Translations under genes and position numbers: made by a program
Shown: positions 18,909 through 27,906 of the stretch, in pieces
Position numbering within the stretch: position 1 is the stretch's first letter
Layout: each line of letters begins with the position of its first letter
The notes under the pieces: model-generated
What the model saw: the letters and a program-made list of their open reading frames with translations, nothing else
What the model was told of the DNA's origin: nothing
Databases searched by the model: none
Virus record (IMG/VR): IMGVR_UViG_3300027687_002091
Span: 5,068 to 69,067 of that record
Origin: a virus
Length of the DNA stretch: 64,000 nt
Direction: 5' to 3' (one strand)

Positions 18909-19166
18909 CTAAGCTAGTTCCTCTTTCTTTGATCCGTGTTTAATTACCATTTCTGATAGTTCATCTGACTTAACTAGCCAACCATCTTCATTAACAATAA
19001 ACACATCGCCGGGCTTATATAATCCTGCGTCCATTACTTCAGTTGGAGTGTCACCTTCGACTTTAAAGCCTTTACCTGGTAAGCTATTAATTGTATAATC
19101 TACCCACATCATTTTAGTCTCTCCTTTAATCGCGTCTTGCATCGTCCTTGCCTTCGTTAGCGGCAA
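18909..19166 (-). CDS. Hypothetical protein
   Basis: ORF between paralogous membrane genes; true start probably MMWVDY. Confidence 0.6.
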   Translation of the reverse strand: MPLTKARTMQDAIKGETKMMWVDYTINSLPGKGFKVEGDTPTEVMDAGLYKPGDVFIVNEDGWLVKSDELSEMVIKHGSKKEELA

Positions 19167-19404
19167 TTCTGTCTACGTTTGGTTTAATATGTAGTGCGTG
19201 GCTCATTAATGCATCAATCTTAACTAAGTCGTTGTTCATAGTTTGAACACGATTGTCAAGAGATCCAATAATATTTTTGAGTGTAGTTACTGAATCAGTA
19301 ACTCCAGCTAGTATAAATTTTAGTGTTAGGAAAACAAAGGCCCCTGCACCCAGTGCTCCGGCTATTGGAAACCCCAAATCTTTTGCTAATGTTAAAAAAT
19401 CCAT
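19126..19404 (-). CDS. YvrJ/holin-like small membrane protein
   Basis: AKDLGFPIAGALGAG TM plus LDNRVQTMNND. Confidence 0.65.
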   Translation of the reverse strand: MDFLTLAKDLGFPIAGALGAGAFVFLTLKFILAGVTDSVTTLKNIIGSLDNRVQTMNNDLVKIDALMSHALHIKPNVDRIAANEGKDDARRD

Positions 19405-19528
19405 ATTTACTTTGCCCTCTATACTTCGTTGACCCTACTATTATTTAGCCGGTTTAGTAGTGCAACAAACACACATTTTATAAATATTTGTATAGTATAT
19501 CATACTATTAACTCAGGAGATAATTAAT

Positions 19529-20068
19529 ATGATTGAAGGTTTTAGATTACCTAAAGTGACATTTAAAACAAGAATCCGTGACGAAGAAGAAGTCAACGGT
19601 GACAATCCATATCGTTGGCAGGACACTACTACCGACGATTACTTTAAAGGTAAACGTGTAGTATTGTTTAGCTTGCCAGGTGCGTTTACGCCTACTTGCA
19701 GTGAATATCAGCTACCGGGCTTTGAAGAAAACTACGATAAAATTCGTAATTTTGATATTGACGAAGTATACTGTATGAGCGTTAATGATGCATTTGTAAT
19801 GAATGCCTGGTCAAAGTCTATGGATATTCAAAACGTAAAATGCATTCCAGATGGAAGCGGTAACATGACCCGTTTCTTAGGCATGCTTATTGGTAAGAAC
19901 CATTTAGGATTTGGTCTACGTAGCTGGCGCTTTATGTGTGTTATTAATGACGGCGTAGTAGAGCAGTGGTGGCAAGAGCCAGGTATTAACAATGACGGGT
20001 TAGATGAAGATCCGTATGAGCAGTCAACACCGTTGAATTGTATCGAGTACCTAAAAGGCAATATATAA
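19529..20068 (+). CDS. Peroxiredoxin (Prx5 type)
   Basis: FSLPGAFTPTCS, SVNDAFVMNAW, GFGLRSWR; TATAAATA at 19479-19486. Confidence 0.95.
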   Translation: MIEGFRLPKVTFKTRIRDEEEVNGDNPYRWQDTTTDDYFKGKRVVLFSLPGAFTPTCSEYQLPGFEENYDKIRNFDIDEVYCMSVNDAFVMNAWSKSMDIQNVKCIPDGSGNMTRFLGMLIGKNHLGFGLRSWRFMCVINDGVVEQWWQEPGINNDGLDEDPYEQSTPLNCIEYLKGNI

Positions 20069-20089
20069 TGAGCAGACAACGGTGTGACG

Positions 20090-20263
20090 ATGATTAAAAG
20101 TATATGGAAATATTGGTGCAAGGCTATGGGTAGTAGTGCATACAATGACAATAAGAAAGATGACCATATACATTTGATTATTAGAACGCCGTGGTTTGTA
20201 TTACATATAGTGACTTGTCTAATGATAATCGCAGGTAATGGCAGAGTGCTAGGATGGTGGTAA
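20090..20263 (+). CDS. Small phage membrane protein (not in ORF track)
   Basis: MIKSIWKYWCKAMGS...IRTPWFVLHIVTCLMIIAGN; fills a gap. Confidence 0.6.
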   Translation: MIKSIWKYWCKAMGSSAYNDNKKDDHIHLIIRTPWFVLHIVTCLMIIAGNGRVLGWW

Positions 20264-20269
20264 AAACTT

Positions 20270-20455
20270 ATGACTGACGAACAACACAAACAAGCATACC
20301 GATTGTTTTGGTTAACAAAAGGACACTTTAACACAACTGAAGAAACTATTCTTGCATCAGCAAAAGGATACTTTAATAGACTTTGGACTAATAATGAAAG
20401 AGCTGTTTATGCCGAAGAAGGCTTTGAAGAAGCATACGAGAATCGACATAATTGA
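20270..20455 (+). CDS. Hypothetical protein
   Basis: 61-aa ORF in tandem array. Confidence 0.6.
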   Translation: MTDEQHKQAYRLFWLTKGHFNTTEETILASAKGYFNRLWTNNERAVYAEEGFEEAYENRHN

Positions 20456-20745
20456 TGAGATTTTTTCTAACTCAATGTGAATACAAATGGTCACATGCAC
20501 ACAAGAGAATGGAAACCTTATGGGTGCGTCGAGAGTTAGGAGATGAACTTTCAAAGTACATTGTAAAACAAGGCTATAAGTTAGTATTAATAAGATCAAA
20601 ATCACAATCGTTACCTGAGGATTTATATTGTAGATGTGACATCTATGTTGATATTCCAAATAACAAAGAATCAACATTGTTTGCACTTAAATATAGTAAA
20701 GCACTACCATTAAAAAGAGGAAAGTATGATAACGAATATTGGTAA
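20452..20745 (+). CDS. Hypothetical protein
   Basis: Overlapping tandem ORF. Confidence 0.6.
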   Translation: MMRFFLTQCEYKWSHAHKRMETLWVRRELGDELSKYIVKQGYKLVLIRSKSQSLPEDLYCRCDIYVDIPNNKESTLFALKYSKALPLKRGKYDNEYW

Positions 20746-21199
20746 AGAAGTAGTAGAAAGTATTATAAAGGACGATCCTGTTAGACCGCATTTGACAACC
20801 GATTTTAGAACTAGTTCTAATAGAGAAGTCTATGCACTATACGAAGACAAGTATGCAGAACAGCATTTTCCCTCTGATGATATCAAAGCAATTATATGTG
20901 TAGCATACACAAATGAAGTTCCTAAAAATGAATACGAACTTGAGCTGTTTAGTCAGGCCGCATGCCAAGACGGTCAACAAGGACATATTGCAGTATTTTA
21001 TACCGTTTGGAGCTACGCAAAGGGAGCAGGCCGACAAGTAGTATTTGATGTTGCAAAACACCTTGTTGAAAGTGAAAGAGCTAAAAAATTCGTAACTTTA
21101 AGCCCATTAACTACAATGGCAGAACGTTTTCACTTACGAAACGGCGCCGAACTAATTTCAAAACACGATTCTTGTCAGAATTTTGAGTATACTTTATAA
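20726..21199 (+). CDS. GNAT-fold protein resembling the malonyl-CoA decarboxylase catalytic core
   Basis: AVFYTVWS...GAG...FVTLSP motifs. Confidence 0.5.
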   Translation: MITNIGKEVVESIIKDDPVRPHLTTDFRTSSNREVYALYEDKYAEQHFPSDDIKAIICVAYTNEVPKNEYELELFSQAACQDGQQGHIAVFYTVWSYAKGAGRQVVFDVAKHLVESERAKKFVTLSPLTTMAERFHLRNGAELISKHDSCQNFEYTL

Positions 21200-21237
21200 C
21201 CAAAACACTTGACTAATCGTACAAAATTGTGTATAAT
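21199..21237 (+). promoter_or_regulatory. sigma70-type early promoter
   Basis: ACCAAAACAC-TTGACT 21209-21214, 17 bp spacer, TATAAT 21232-21237. Confidence 0.8.
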
Positions 21238-21255
21238 TGTATGTATTAGTTAGGA

Positions 21256-21696
21256 GTGATTATGTTTTTAGAAGTTATCGGCGGTTCAAAATCTCAAAAG
21301 AAACATACCCAAGGCATGGTTGAATTCTGTGCTAATAAACTAATGCCACGTTTATATAATTTGGATATTACTGTCCGTTTGTGTAAGCCTAAAGGTGCAT
21401 TAGGTTATTGTTTAGAATTAGAAGATAAAAGAACCTTTGAATTAGAAATTGATCAAACACAACCGTTACGTCAGTTACTTGAAACTGTAGCACACGAAAT
21501 GGTACATGTTAAACAATATGCAAGACGTGAGTTGCACCCAAGCAAAGAGGCTTGGTTAGGCAAAACTGTTAATCCTAAAAAAGTAAGTTATTGGGATTTG
21601 CCCTGGGAAATTGAAGCACATGGGCGAGAAGTAGGGTTATTTGTAAGGTATTGTGAGGAAAATAAGTTAGGAAAGTATAAATGGACAAATCTGTAA
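21256..21696 (+). CDS. Zinc metallopeptidase (HExxH)
   Basis: AHEMVHVKQY...PWEIEAH. Confidence 0.8.
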   Translation: MIMFLEVIGGSKSQKKHTQGMVEFCANKLMPRLYNLDITVRLCKPKGALGYCLELEDKRTFELEIDQTQPLRQLLETVAHEMVHVKQYARRELHPSKEAWLGKTVNPKKVSYWDLPWEIEAHGREVGLFVRYCEENKLGKYKWTNL

Positions 21697-21717
21697 TAAA
21701 TAGGTATATAATAAATT

Positions 21718-22281
21718 ATGCCTAAATACGATAGTTGGAACAGCTCAGATGCAGTAGATAGATCGTTACTTGATAACGACATACACTATCTAAGCGGAGA
21801 GATTACTAACGAAAATATAGGTGAAGCCATTAAATGGATTATTAGTGCTAACCTAATAAAAAAACCTAAACGAACACTTGAACTTTATGTTAATACTACA
21901 GGCGGGGATCTATACGAGATGTTTGCCCTTATTGATGTTATGAAGAATAGTTACCACAACATAAGCACAGTAGGTATTGGTGCTGTTATGAGTGCAGGGT
22001 TTATGATCTTTGCAAGTGGCACAAAAGGATATCGTTGGATTGGTAAGAACGCCGGCATCATGAATCATCAACACAGTGATAACATGGACGCTAAGATGCA
22101 TGATATGAAAGCACAGATGAAAGAAAACAAAAACTGTGAAATGAGATGTATGCAAATACTACGTGAAGCAACAGGTATGACTGTACCAGAAGTTAATACT
22201 AAATTTATTAAGAACCCTTCCGATCAATACTACACAGCCAAACAATTGGTTGATTTAGGTATAGCAGACGACATTTTATAG
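21718..22281 (+). CDS. Divergent ClpP-family protease
   Basis: LYVNTTGGD, GAVMSAG (Ser), MNHQ (His), LVDLGIADDI. Confidence 0.85.
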   Translation: MPKYDSWNSSDAVDRSLLDNDIHYLSGEITNENIGEAIKWIISANLIKKPKRTLELYVNTTGGDLYEMFALIDVMKNSYHNISTVGIGAVMSAGFMIFASGTKGYRWIGKNAGIMNHQHSDNMDAKMHDMKAQMKENKNCEMRCMQILREATGMTVPEVNTKFIKNPSDQYYTAKQLVDLGIADDIL

Positions 22282-22282
22282 G

Positions 22283-22311
22283 TTGACAACTCAAACTTAA
22301 GGTGCTATAAT
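22283..22311 (+). promoter_or_regulatory. sigma70 consensus promoter
   Basis: TTGACA-17-TATAAT with extended -10 TG. Confidence 0.85.
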
Positions 22312-22342
22312 ACTTGTAACAATTAAATAATAGGCACACACA

Positions 22343-23074
22343 ATGATTAGCGATGTTAAAATTAAAAACGGATATCTAAGTAAGGATTCACTTGCATTGA
22401 AAACAGTTCCTACACAAGAAGCACTTGCTATGGCCGTTGCGGCACAACGTATTAACGGTGCTTATATAAAAGACACTAGACGCTTTTCGGAACCTGATAA
22501 CAAAACACAGTTTAGCAACAAAGAAATTGTAAAGTTTGCTTTTGAACAACGTCCAGGTATGCTACCTATGGACTTTATACGCCCTACTCCAACAGCAGAC
22601 GACTATGCTGAAGTAGCAGAAATACATAAGTGGATGAAGCGTTACGTATTACTTGGACTAGGTGAACTTGATGATTTTAAAAAAGACATGATCCAATCTG
22701 TATCACAAGACACTGTGATAAAAAACAACTTAGGTCGTGTCGCTTTTATTCCAGAATTTGTAAAACGTGATCAACATGAGAGCGGACTTAAAAAAGAAAT
22801 TCGTATAGAGTATAGAAACTCACAATACTTAGGTAAAGAAAAAGATGTAGTTGAAGGTGTTGTTAAGATCCTTGACAAGCGTTTCAGTACACAATGGGAT
22901 AGCTATAACTACACAGCAGTTATGGACGGTGACTTAGTAAGTTTTATGAACAAGTTTGAATACAACGTAGGCGACATGAAACGTATTAAAGCAAAGGTAA
23001 AGATACAAACACAAAATAAATTGTTTAGTGCAAACGAAACTAGACTTAACTACGTTAAACTTTATAAGGTATAA
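22343..23074 (+). CDS. Conserved phage protein, possible C-terminal OB-fold
   Basis: 243 aa; ETRLNYVK C-terminus. Confidence 0.65.
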   Translation: MISDVKIKNGYLSKDSLALKTVPTQEALAMAVAAQRINGAYIKDTRRFSEPDNKTQFSNKEIVKFAFEQRPGMLPMDFIRPTPTADDYAEVAEIHKWMKRYVLLGLGELDDFKKDMIQSVSQDTVIKNNLGRVAFIPEFVKRDQHESGLKKEIRIEYRNSQYLGKEKDVVEGVVKILDKRFSTQWDSYNYTAVMDGDLVSFMNKFEYNVGDMKRIKAKVKIQTQNKLFSANETRLNYVKLYKV

Positions 23075-23076
23075 AC

Positions 23077-23298
23077 ATGGAAGTATTTGACGACAAGTGT
23101 ACAATAACATGTACAAACAATGATAAAGTTGCAGAAGCAGAAATTGATAACTTTAGAGAAAAAGAGTCAATGAATGTGTTTATGGCAACTAACAAAATAC
23201 ATATGAAATATAATGGAAGGGTCTACGTAGGTAATGCATTTGGTTTTGAATTTACTACGCCAGGACCTAGATCATATAAAGTAAAGGAAGGAAGATAA
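23077..23298 (+). CDS. Hypothetical protein
   Basis: Tandem ORF. Confidence 0.65.
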   Translation: MEVFDDKCTITCTNNDKVAEAEIDNFREKESMNVFMATNKIHMKYNGRVYVGNAFGFEFTTPGPRSYKVKEGR

Positions 23299-23501
23299 TG
23301 AGCAAGCAACCAGATGGACCATTTGTAAGTGCGTTTGAAAACGATACCACAGGTGTAGTGAAACAAGAACTTATTACATATCGTGTTAAAGATGGTATGT
23401 TACGTAAGGAAGTAACAACAAGACAATTTTCATCAGGCGGTGACTACCATGATAGTCAAAGTATTTCTCCGCTAGTAAGACAGGAGAAAATGGATGCCTA
23501 A
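23298..23501 (+). CDS. Hypothetical protein
   Basis: TAATG overlap, SD present. Confidence 0.65.
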   Translation: MSKQPDGPFVSAFENDTTGVVKQELITYRVKDGMLRKEVTTRQFSSGGDYHDSQSISPLVRQEKMDA

Positions 23502-24084
23502 TCTAGTACCAGTAGTTATTGAAAAGGAATCAAGAGGCGAACGTAGTTACGACATTTATAGTAGACTACTAAAGGATAGAATTATTATGCTTGATACTGA
23601 TGTTAATTCAGTTTCATGTAGTTTAGTTGTATCACAGTTATTATTCTTAGAATCACAATCACCAGGTAAGCCTATTAGTTTTTATATTAATAGCCCGGGT
23701 GGTGTTATTAGTGACGGACTAAGTGTTTATGATACAATGCAATTTATTAAGTCACCTGTACATACTATTGTAATGGGACAAGCATGTTCAATGGGTTCGT
23801 TCTTAGCACAAGCAGGCGAAGCAGGACATCGAATGATGTTGCCACATGCAAGACACATGATACATCAGCCAAGTGGCGGTGCTCGTGGTATGGCAAGTGA
23901 TATTGAAATTTCGTACAACGAAATTATGCATTATAAAAAAATGTTAACTGAACTTTATGTTAAGCATAACAGTAAAGGTAAAACGTTTGATGACTTTACT
24001 AAAGACATGGATAGAGATACTTTTATGTCTGCACAAGAAGCTCTTGATTATGGGCTAATTGATAAAATTGTAGAAAAAGTATAA
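23494..24084 (+). CDS. clpP: ATP-dependent Clp protease proteolytic subunit
   Basis: [47 protein letters not shown]. Confidence 0.97.
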   Translation: MPNLVPVVIEKESRGERSYDIYSRLLKDRIIMLDTDVNSVSCSLVVSQLLFLESQSPGKPISFYINSPGGVISDGLSVYDTMQFIKSPVHTIVMGQACSMGSFLAQAGEAGHRMMLPHARHMIHQPSGGARGMASDIEISYNEIMHYKKMLTELYVKHNSKGKTFDDFTKDMDRDTFMSAQEALDYGLIDKIVEKV

Positions 24085-24162
24085 TGTTAGGACTATTTTT
24101 TATAGGTATTCCATTTACTATTTTAGTAATGTATATTTTAATTAAAGTTAGGGAGCATGATA

Positions 24163-24327
24163 ATGGCTGAACCATTAGACGTTTCAAAGAAACATTTTTA
24201 TATTAGTCTTGTTAAAAGTGCAACACGTATTGCAGGATGTATAGTTGCTCTAGCTACAGGTAGTTGGGAGTGGTTAGCCGTAGGCTTACTTGTTGCTGAA
24301 ATATTAGGTATAGCAGAGGAGTTGTAA
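24163..24327 (+). CDS. Small membrane protein (not in ORF track)
   Basis: MAEPLDVSKKHFYISLVKS...AEILGIAEEL. Confidence 0.6.
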   Translation: MAEPLDVSKKHFYISLVKSATRIAGCIVALATGSWEWLAVGLLVAEILGIAEEL

Positions 24328-24437
24328 ATGAAACTAAGTGAATTTAGAAAAAGGTTTGGCGAAGGAACCGATTTTGATTTAGACTATGGTAAATTAGTTA
24401 TCATAGCATTATGTCTTTATATTGCGGTGCAAGTATC

Positions 24438-24974
24438 ATGAAAAATGGACTACCCAAAGAACAGTGGTTGGTCAATTTTTTAAATAAACACGATCTTACA
24501 CGTGGAGCCGAACTAGGTGTACAAAAAGGTTATAACTTTAAGTATCTAGTTGAGAACAAACCTAACCTTGTATTACATGGTGTAGATATTTGGTCTGAAA
24601 AACATGTAAGATGGGATGAAACACCAAGTGAAGACCTACAGTTTCAACCTGACAGTGTAAACAGTGAGTTTTTAAATGACTTGCAAGAGTGGGCTAAAGA
24701 CTACAAAGGTCGAGCGTTCTTTCATAGACACTTTACAACGTATGCACACAGATTTTTTAATGAAGGCGAACTTGATTTTATTTTTATTGATGCCGGACAC
24801 GAATACCAAGATGTAAAAGCAGACATTCAATGTTGGTATCCTAAAATTAAAAAAGGCGGATATATGCTTGGGCATGATATTAATCAAGTACAAGTACGTA
24901 AAGCTGTTAGAGAACAATTTGCCGACACATGGAAACAAGCAAAGGAGCAGAAGATATGGTGGAAACAACTGTAA
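24438..24974 (+). CDS. Class I SAM methyltransferase (Methyltransf_24-like)
   Basis: GAELGVQKG, LDFIFIDAGHEYQDV, KKGGYMLGHD. Confidence 0.85.
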   Translation: MKNGLPKEQWLVNFLNKHDLTRGAELGVQKGYNFKYLVENKPNLVLHGVDIWSEKHVRWDETPSEDLQFQPDSVNSEFLNDLQEWAKDYKGRAFFHRHFTTYAHRFFNEGELDFIFIDAGHEYQDVKADIQCWYPKIKKGGYMLGHDINQVQVRKAVREQFADTWKQAKEQKIWWKQL

Positions 24975-25249
24975 CAAAAACAGTAGCAGAATTAAAAGGT
25001 ATTCCTACTCAAGAAATATTATTAGAGCAACTTCGAAAAGAAACATTAGTAGTTACTTTTAATAAACTTGATGGTGACGAACGTATTATGACTTGTACAA
25101 AGTCGTTTGATGTAATACCAGAAGAACATAAACCTAAAACAGATAAAGCACCTAAAGAAGGTAATGTAACTGTTTGGGATATAAATGCAAAAGGTTGGAG
25201 AAGTTTTAAATATGACAGAATTACTAAAGTCGAAGACGTTCAAGTATGA
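24956..25249 (+). CDS. WYL_2/SH3-barrel phage protein
   Basis: VTFNKLDGDERIMTCT...VWDINAKGWRSFK. Confidence 0.75.
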   Translation: MVETTVTKTVAELKGIPTQEILLEQLRKETLVVTFNKLDGDERIMTCTKSFDVIPEEHKPKTDKAPKEGNVTVWDINAKGWRSFKYDRITKVEDVQV

Positions 25250-25547
25250 AGACGTATTTGAAGACATTCCAGGTGACCCTGATAACGTTAATGTAAACTT
25301 TCCTCCTGATGTATTAGAACAAGCAGGATGGAGTGTTGGTGACACTATTGAAGTTACAGCAAGTAATGGCATTCTTAACTTTAAGAAATCAGGAACTCAA
25401 AAAGATTTCTCAGGAAATCTTGTTCGAATAAATATCTTGCAATCGGAAATTGAATATGCAAAGAGTCAACTGCAAGAACATGACACTGGACATATTCATA
25501 CTGCAATTAGTTGGTTAGAACACAGAATAGAAGAGTTAAACAAATAG
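25212..25547 (+). CDS. AbrB/MazE-like DNA-binding domain fused to a helical domain
   Basis: FPPDVLEQAGWSVGDTIEV motif. Confidence 0.55.
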   Translation: MTELLKSKTFKYEDVFEDIPGDPDNVNVNFPPDVLEQAGWSVGDTIEVTASNGILNFKKSGTQKDFSGNLVRINILQSEIEYAKSQLQEHDTGHIHTAISWLEHRIEELNK

Positions 25548-25636
25548 GAAGATTGCCTGAGTGGTTTAAAGGAGCGGTTTACTAAACCGTCGTAGGGGTA
25601 ACTCTACCGTGGGTTCGAATCCTACATCTTCCGCCA
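25547..25636 (+). tRNA. tRNA-Ser(ACT), class II
   Basis: Acceptor GGAAGAT/ATCTTCC, G73, CCA end, long variable arm, anticodon loop TT-ACT-AA (25581-25583). Confidence 0.85.
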
Positions 25637-25639
25637 TAC

Positions 25640-25715
25640 GCCGGCATAGCTCAGTTGGTAGAGCAATGGTTTTGTAAACCATAGGTCCCGAGTTCGAATC
25701 TTGGTGCCGGCACCA
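25640..25715 (+). tRNA. tRNA-Thr(TGT)
   Basis: Full cloverleaf, ATGGT-TTTGTAA-ACCAT, encoded CCA. Confidence 0.95.
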
Positions 25716-25730
25716 ATTAATAAATACAGT

Positions 25731-26012
25731 ATGGAAGATCGTACAAAAGAAGAAATAGTAAAAAACATAGATCATGTTATAAATCAATATGTACAGCCAG
25801 CAGTTGAACAACACGGTGGCTATATCAAACTAGAAGATTTTGACATGGAGTCAGGTAGAGTTTCAGTTTTACTCCAAGGTAGTTGTAGTGGTTGTGCTAG
25901 TAGTAGTATAACACTAAAACTAGGTGTAGAAAATATGCTTAAACACTATGTACCCGAAGTAAATTCCGTTGAAGGTATGGATGATCCAAATTTTAATAAT
26001 CCCTACTACTAA
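25731..26012 (+). CDS. NifU/NfuA C-terminal-domain Fe-S carrier
   Basis: VQPAVEQHGG, LQGSCSGCASSSITLKLGVE. Confidence 0.9.
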   Translation: MEDRTKEEIVKNIDHVINQYVQPAVEQHGGYIKLEDFDMESGRVSVLLQGSCSGCASSSITLKLGVENMLKHYVPEVNSVEGMDDPNFNNPYY

Positions 26013-26037
26013 CTAATATCTTAGAAAGGTAATATAA

Positions 26038-26277
26038 ATGGGAAGAATCTTCATTGAAGAAGCAATGGATGCTACTGGCATCAATAGAACTAACTTAGTT
26101 GGAGTATGTACTCATCTAATTAGATCAAAGCAAGCAAGCAGTCAAGCAGATGCATTAAGAAGGCTCGAAGCAGGCGAGTTTAATAAAGAAGATTTAGAAG
26201 AAGAGATGATTACTTATTATCAAGTTGAGAAACCTAAGTCAGTTATCGTTGAAGAAGATGACGGGTATCACGACTAA
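26038..26277 (+). CDS. Hypothetical protein
   Basis: 79-aa ORF with SD. Confidence 0.6.
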   Translation: MGRIFIEEAMDATGINRTNLVGVCTHLIRSKQASSQADALRRLEAGEFNKEDLEEEMITYYQVEKPKSVIVEEDDGYHD

Positions 26278-26292
26278 TACCTAACAATATGG

Positions 26293-26321
26293 TTGACAAG
26301 TGAGAAGTTTTGTAGTATAAT
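26293..26321 (+). promoter_or_regulatory. sigma70 consensus promoter
   Basis: TTGACA-17-TATAAT. Confidence 0.85.
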
Positions 26322-26352
26322 AGTTACTCACTACATAACTAAGGCACATACT

Positions 26353-26706
26353 ATGAATATTTTACATAACTTTTTAATTCCAGAAGCAGAGCATCGTAAT
26401 AAGTTTTGGGCAAAGCAACCTATAGACGATCCGCAAACTATAAACGGATTTAATGGTACATTTGCATTTAGCGAACACAGTCGAATTCCACAAGGGATTG
26501 TAGAGTTCTTGTTAGAACACTTTCATAAGAAATGTTTTAAGACTGCAAACAGTTGGAAGAAAGATCATATCGAAGCAGTCGAACTAGATGAAATAAACGA
26601 ACTGATGAACGAGATATGGGACGGACCAGGTAGCATGACTAAACTAGCACACCTAACAAACGAGATGCGTATCGCACGTTTATGGGACAATGATGACGAA
26701 GAATAA
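26353..26706 (+). CDS. Hypothetical protein
   Basis: First ATG downstream of promoter. Confidence 0.6.
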   Translation: MNILHNFLIPEAEHRNKFWAKQPIDDPQTINGFNGTFAFSEHSRIPQGIVEFLLEHFHKKCFKTANSWKKDHIEAVELDEINELMNEIWDGPGSMTKLAHLTNEMRIARLWDNDDEE

Positions 26707-26731
26707 TCCAAAAACTATTTTAGGAGTTATT

Positions 26732-26932
26732 ATGCAATACCTTAAAGAAGTAACATCTTGGGACACTCCTGTTCAAAATCATACATATATTGTTGACGAT
26801 AACAACTGGTGTGTAGGTTATATTAAGAACGGTACTACTGAAGAAATAATCTTTTCAAGGCCTATGAAGCAATGGTCTAAAAGCTATCGCAAGTTTGAAA
26901 AGGTGGTCATACATGATGACCAGAGAAGTTAG
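26732..26932 (+). CDS. Hypothetical protein
   Basis: SD AGGAG; LKEVTSW...NHTY...GYIK motif. Confidence 0.6.
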   Translation: MQYLKEVTSWDTPVQNHTYIVDDNNWCVGYIKNGTTEEIIFSRPMKQWSKSYRKFEKVVIHDDQRS

Positions 26933-26971
26933 TACGAATAAATAAGTGTAATATAACTCGAGACTACAATC

Positions 26972-27343
26972 ATGGCATATTCAGATAAGGTGATGGACCA
27001 TTACGAAAATCCTCGTAATGTTGGCAAGTGGGATTCTGGTGAAGAAGGCATTGGAACAGGGATGGTAGGAGCACCAGCATGTGGCGATGTTATGCGATTA
27101 CAAATTAAAGTAAAAGATAACATAATTACTGATGCTAAGTTTAAAACATACGGATGTGGTAGTGCTATTGCAAGCAGTAGCCTACTTACTGAATGGGTTA
27201 AAGGAATGACATTAGAAGGCGCAGGCGAAATAAAGAACACAGACCTTGCAACCGAACTTGCTCTACCTCCTGTGAAGATACACTGTTCAGTACTAGCAGA
27301 AGATGCTATCAAAGCCGCTATTGCAGATTATAAATCTAGGTGA
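26972..27343 (+). CDS. iscU: Fe-S scaffold IscU
   Basis: [50 protein letters not shown]. Confidence 0.97.
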   Translation: MAYSDKVMDHYENPRNVGKWDSGEEGIGTGMVGAPACGDVMRLQIKVKDNIITDAKFKTYGCGSAIASSSLLTEWVKGMTLEGAGEIKNTDLATELALPPVKIHCSVLAEDAIKAAIADYKSR

Positions 27344-27666
27344 TAACAATTACTGAGGTTGGTGCAAAACGTGTAACTGGCTTTTTAGAAAATCGAGGTA
27401 AAGGTCTAGGACTTAGAGTTAAGATAAGAACTACTGGGTGCTCGGGATATGCGTATGTGTTAGAGTTTGTTGACGATGTTAATGACGATGACACTGTGTT
27501 TAATTCTAATGGTATAAAGATTATCGTTGATAACAAGTCGCTAGTAATGATAGATGGGACTCATCTAGATTATGTCAAAGAAGGACTTAACGAAGGGTTT
27601 CAGTTTAAAAATCCTTGGGAAGACGCAACTTGCGGCTGTGGCGAATCTTTTACTCTTAAGAAGTAA
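27340..27666 (+). CDS. iscA: A-type Fe-S carrier IscA
   Basis: TTGCSG, CGCGESF; follows iscU. Confidence 0.93.
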   Translation: MITITEVGAKRVTGFLENRGKGLGLRVKIRTTGCSGYAYVLEFVDDVNDDDTVFNSNGIKIIVDNKSLVMIDGTHLDYVKEGLNEGFQFKNPWEDATCGCGESFTLKK

Positions 27667-27685
27667 ATATTGACTAAATATTATT

Positions 27686-27730
27686 ACGTTCAGGCAACAA
27701 GCCCGGGAGTAGCATAAGCGAAGGAACGCC
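27686..27730 (+). ncRNA. Glutamine (glnA-class) riboswitch aptamer
   Basis: P1 CGTTC/GAACG, P2 GGC/GCC, CGGGAGTA, P3 GC/GC with AGTA/GAA E-loop, GAAGGAACGC; TAAATA at 27675-27680. Confidence 0.75.
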
Positions 27731-27756
27731 CTTAACCCTTTAACGAGGAGAGTGTA

Positions 27757-27873
27757 ATGGATAATTATACGCTTTGGTGCTTTCTACGAATCATTAAACA
27801 GCGCCACATAAAAAAGATTAACTTTTTATTAAATAAAAGGTTGACATCGATAAATAAATGTAGTATAGTATAA
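27757..27873 (+). CDS. 38-aa basic peptide downstream of the riboswitch
   Basis: SD GAGGAG; MDNYTLWCFLRIIKQRHIKKINFLLNKRLTSINKCSIV. Confidence 0.55.
   Translation: MDNYTLWCFLRIIKQRHIKKINFLLNKRLTSINKCSIV
27841..27869 (+). promoter_or_regulatory. sigma70 promoter of the leader-tRNA unit
   Basis: TTGACA 27841-27846, 17 bp spacer, TATAGT 27864-27869. Confidence 0.8.
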
Positions 27874-27906
27874 ACATACTAAAAAGTAATACAAGGAATT
27901 TAAAAC

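Noticed and set aside
25579-25585. Amber suppressor (CTA) reading of the tRNA loop TTACTAA, implying stop-codon recoding
   Set aside because: Stem register centres ACT, not CTA; TAG and TGA end well-conserved genes normally.
25566-25814. Minus-strand 82-aa ORF
   Set aside because: Antisense to two tRNA genes.
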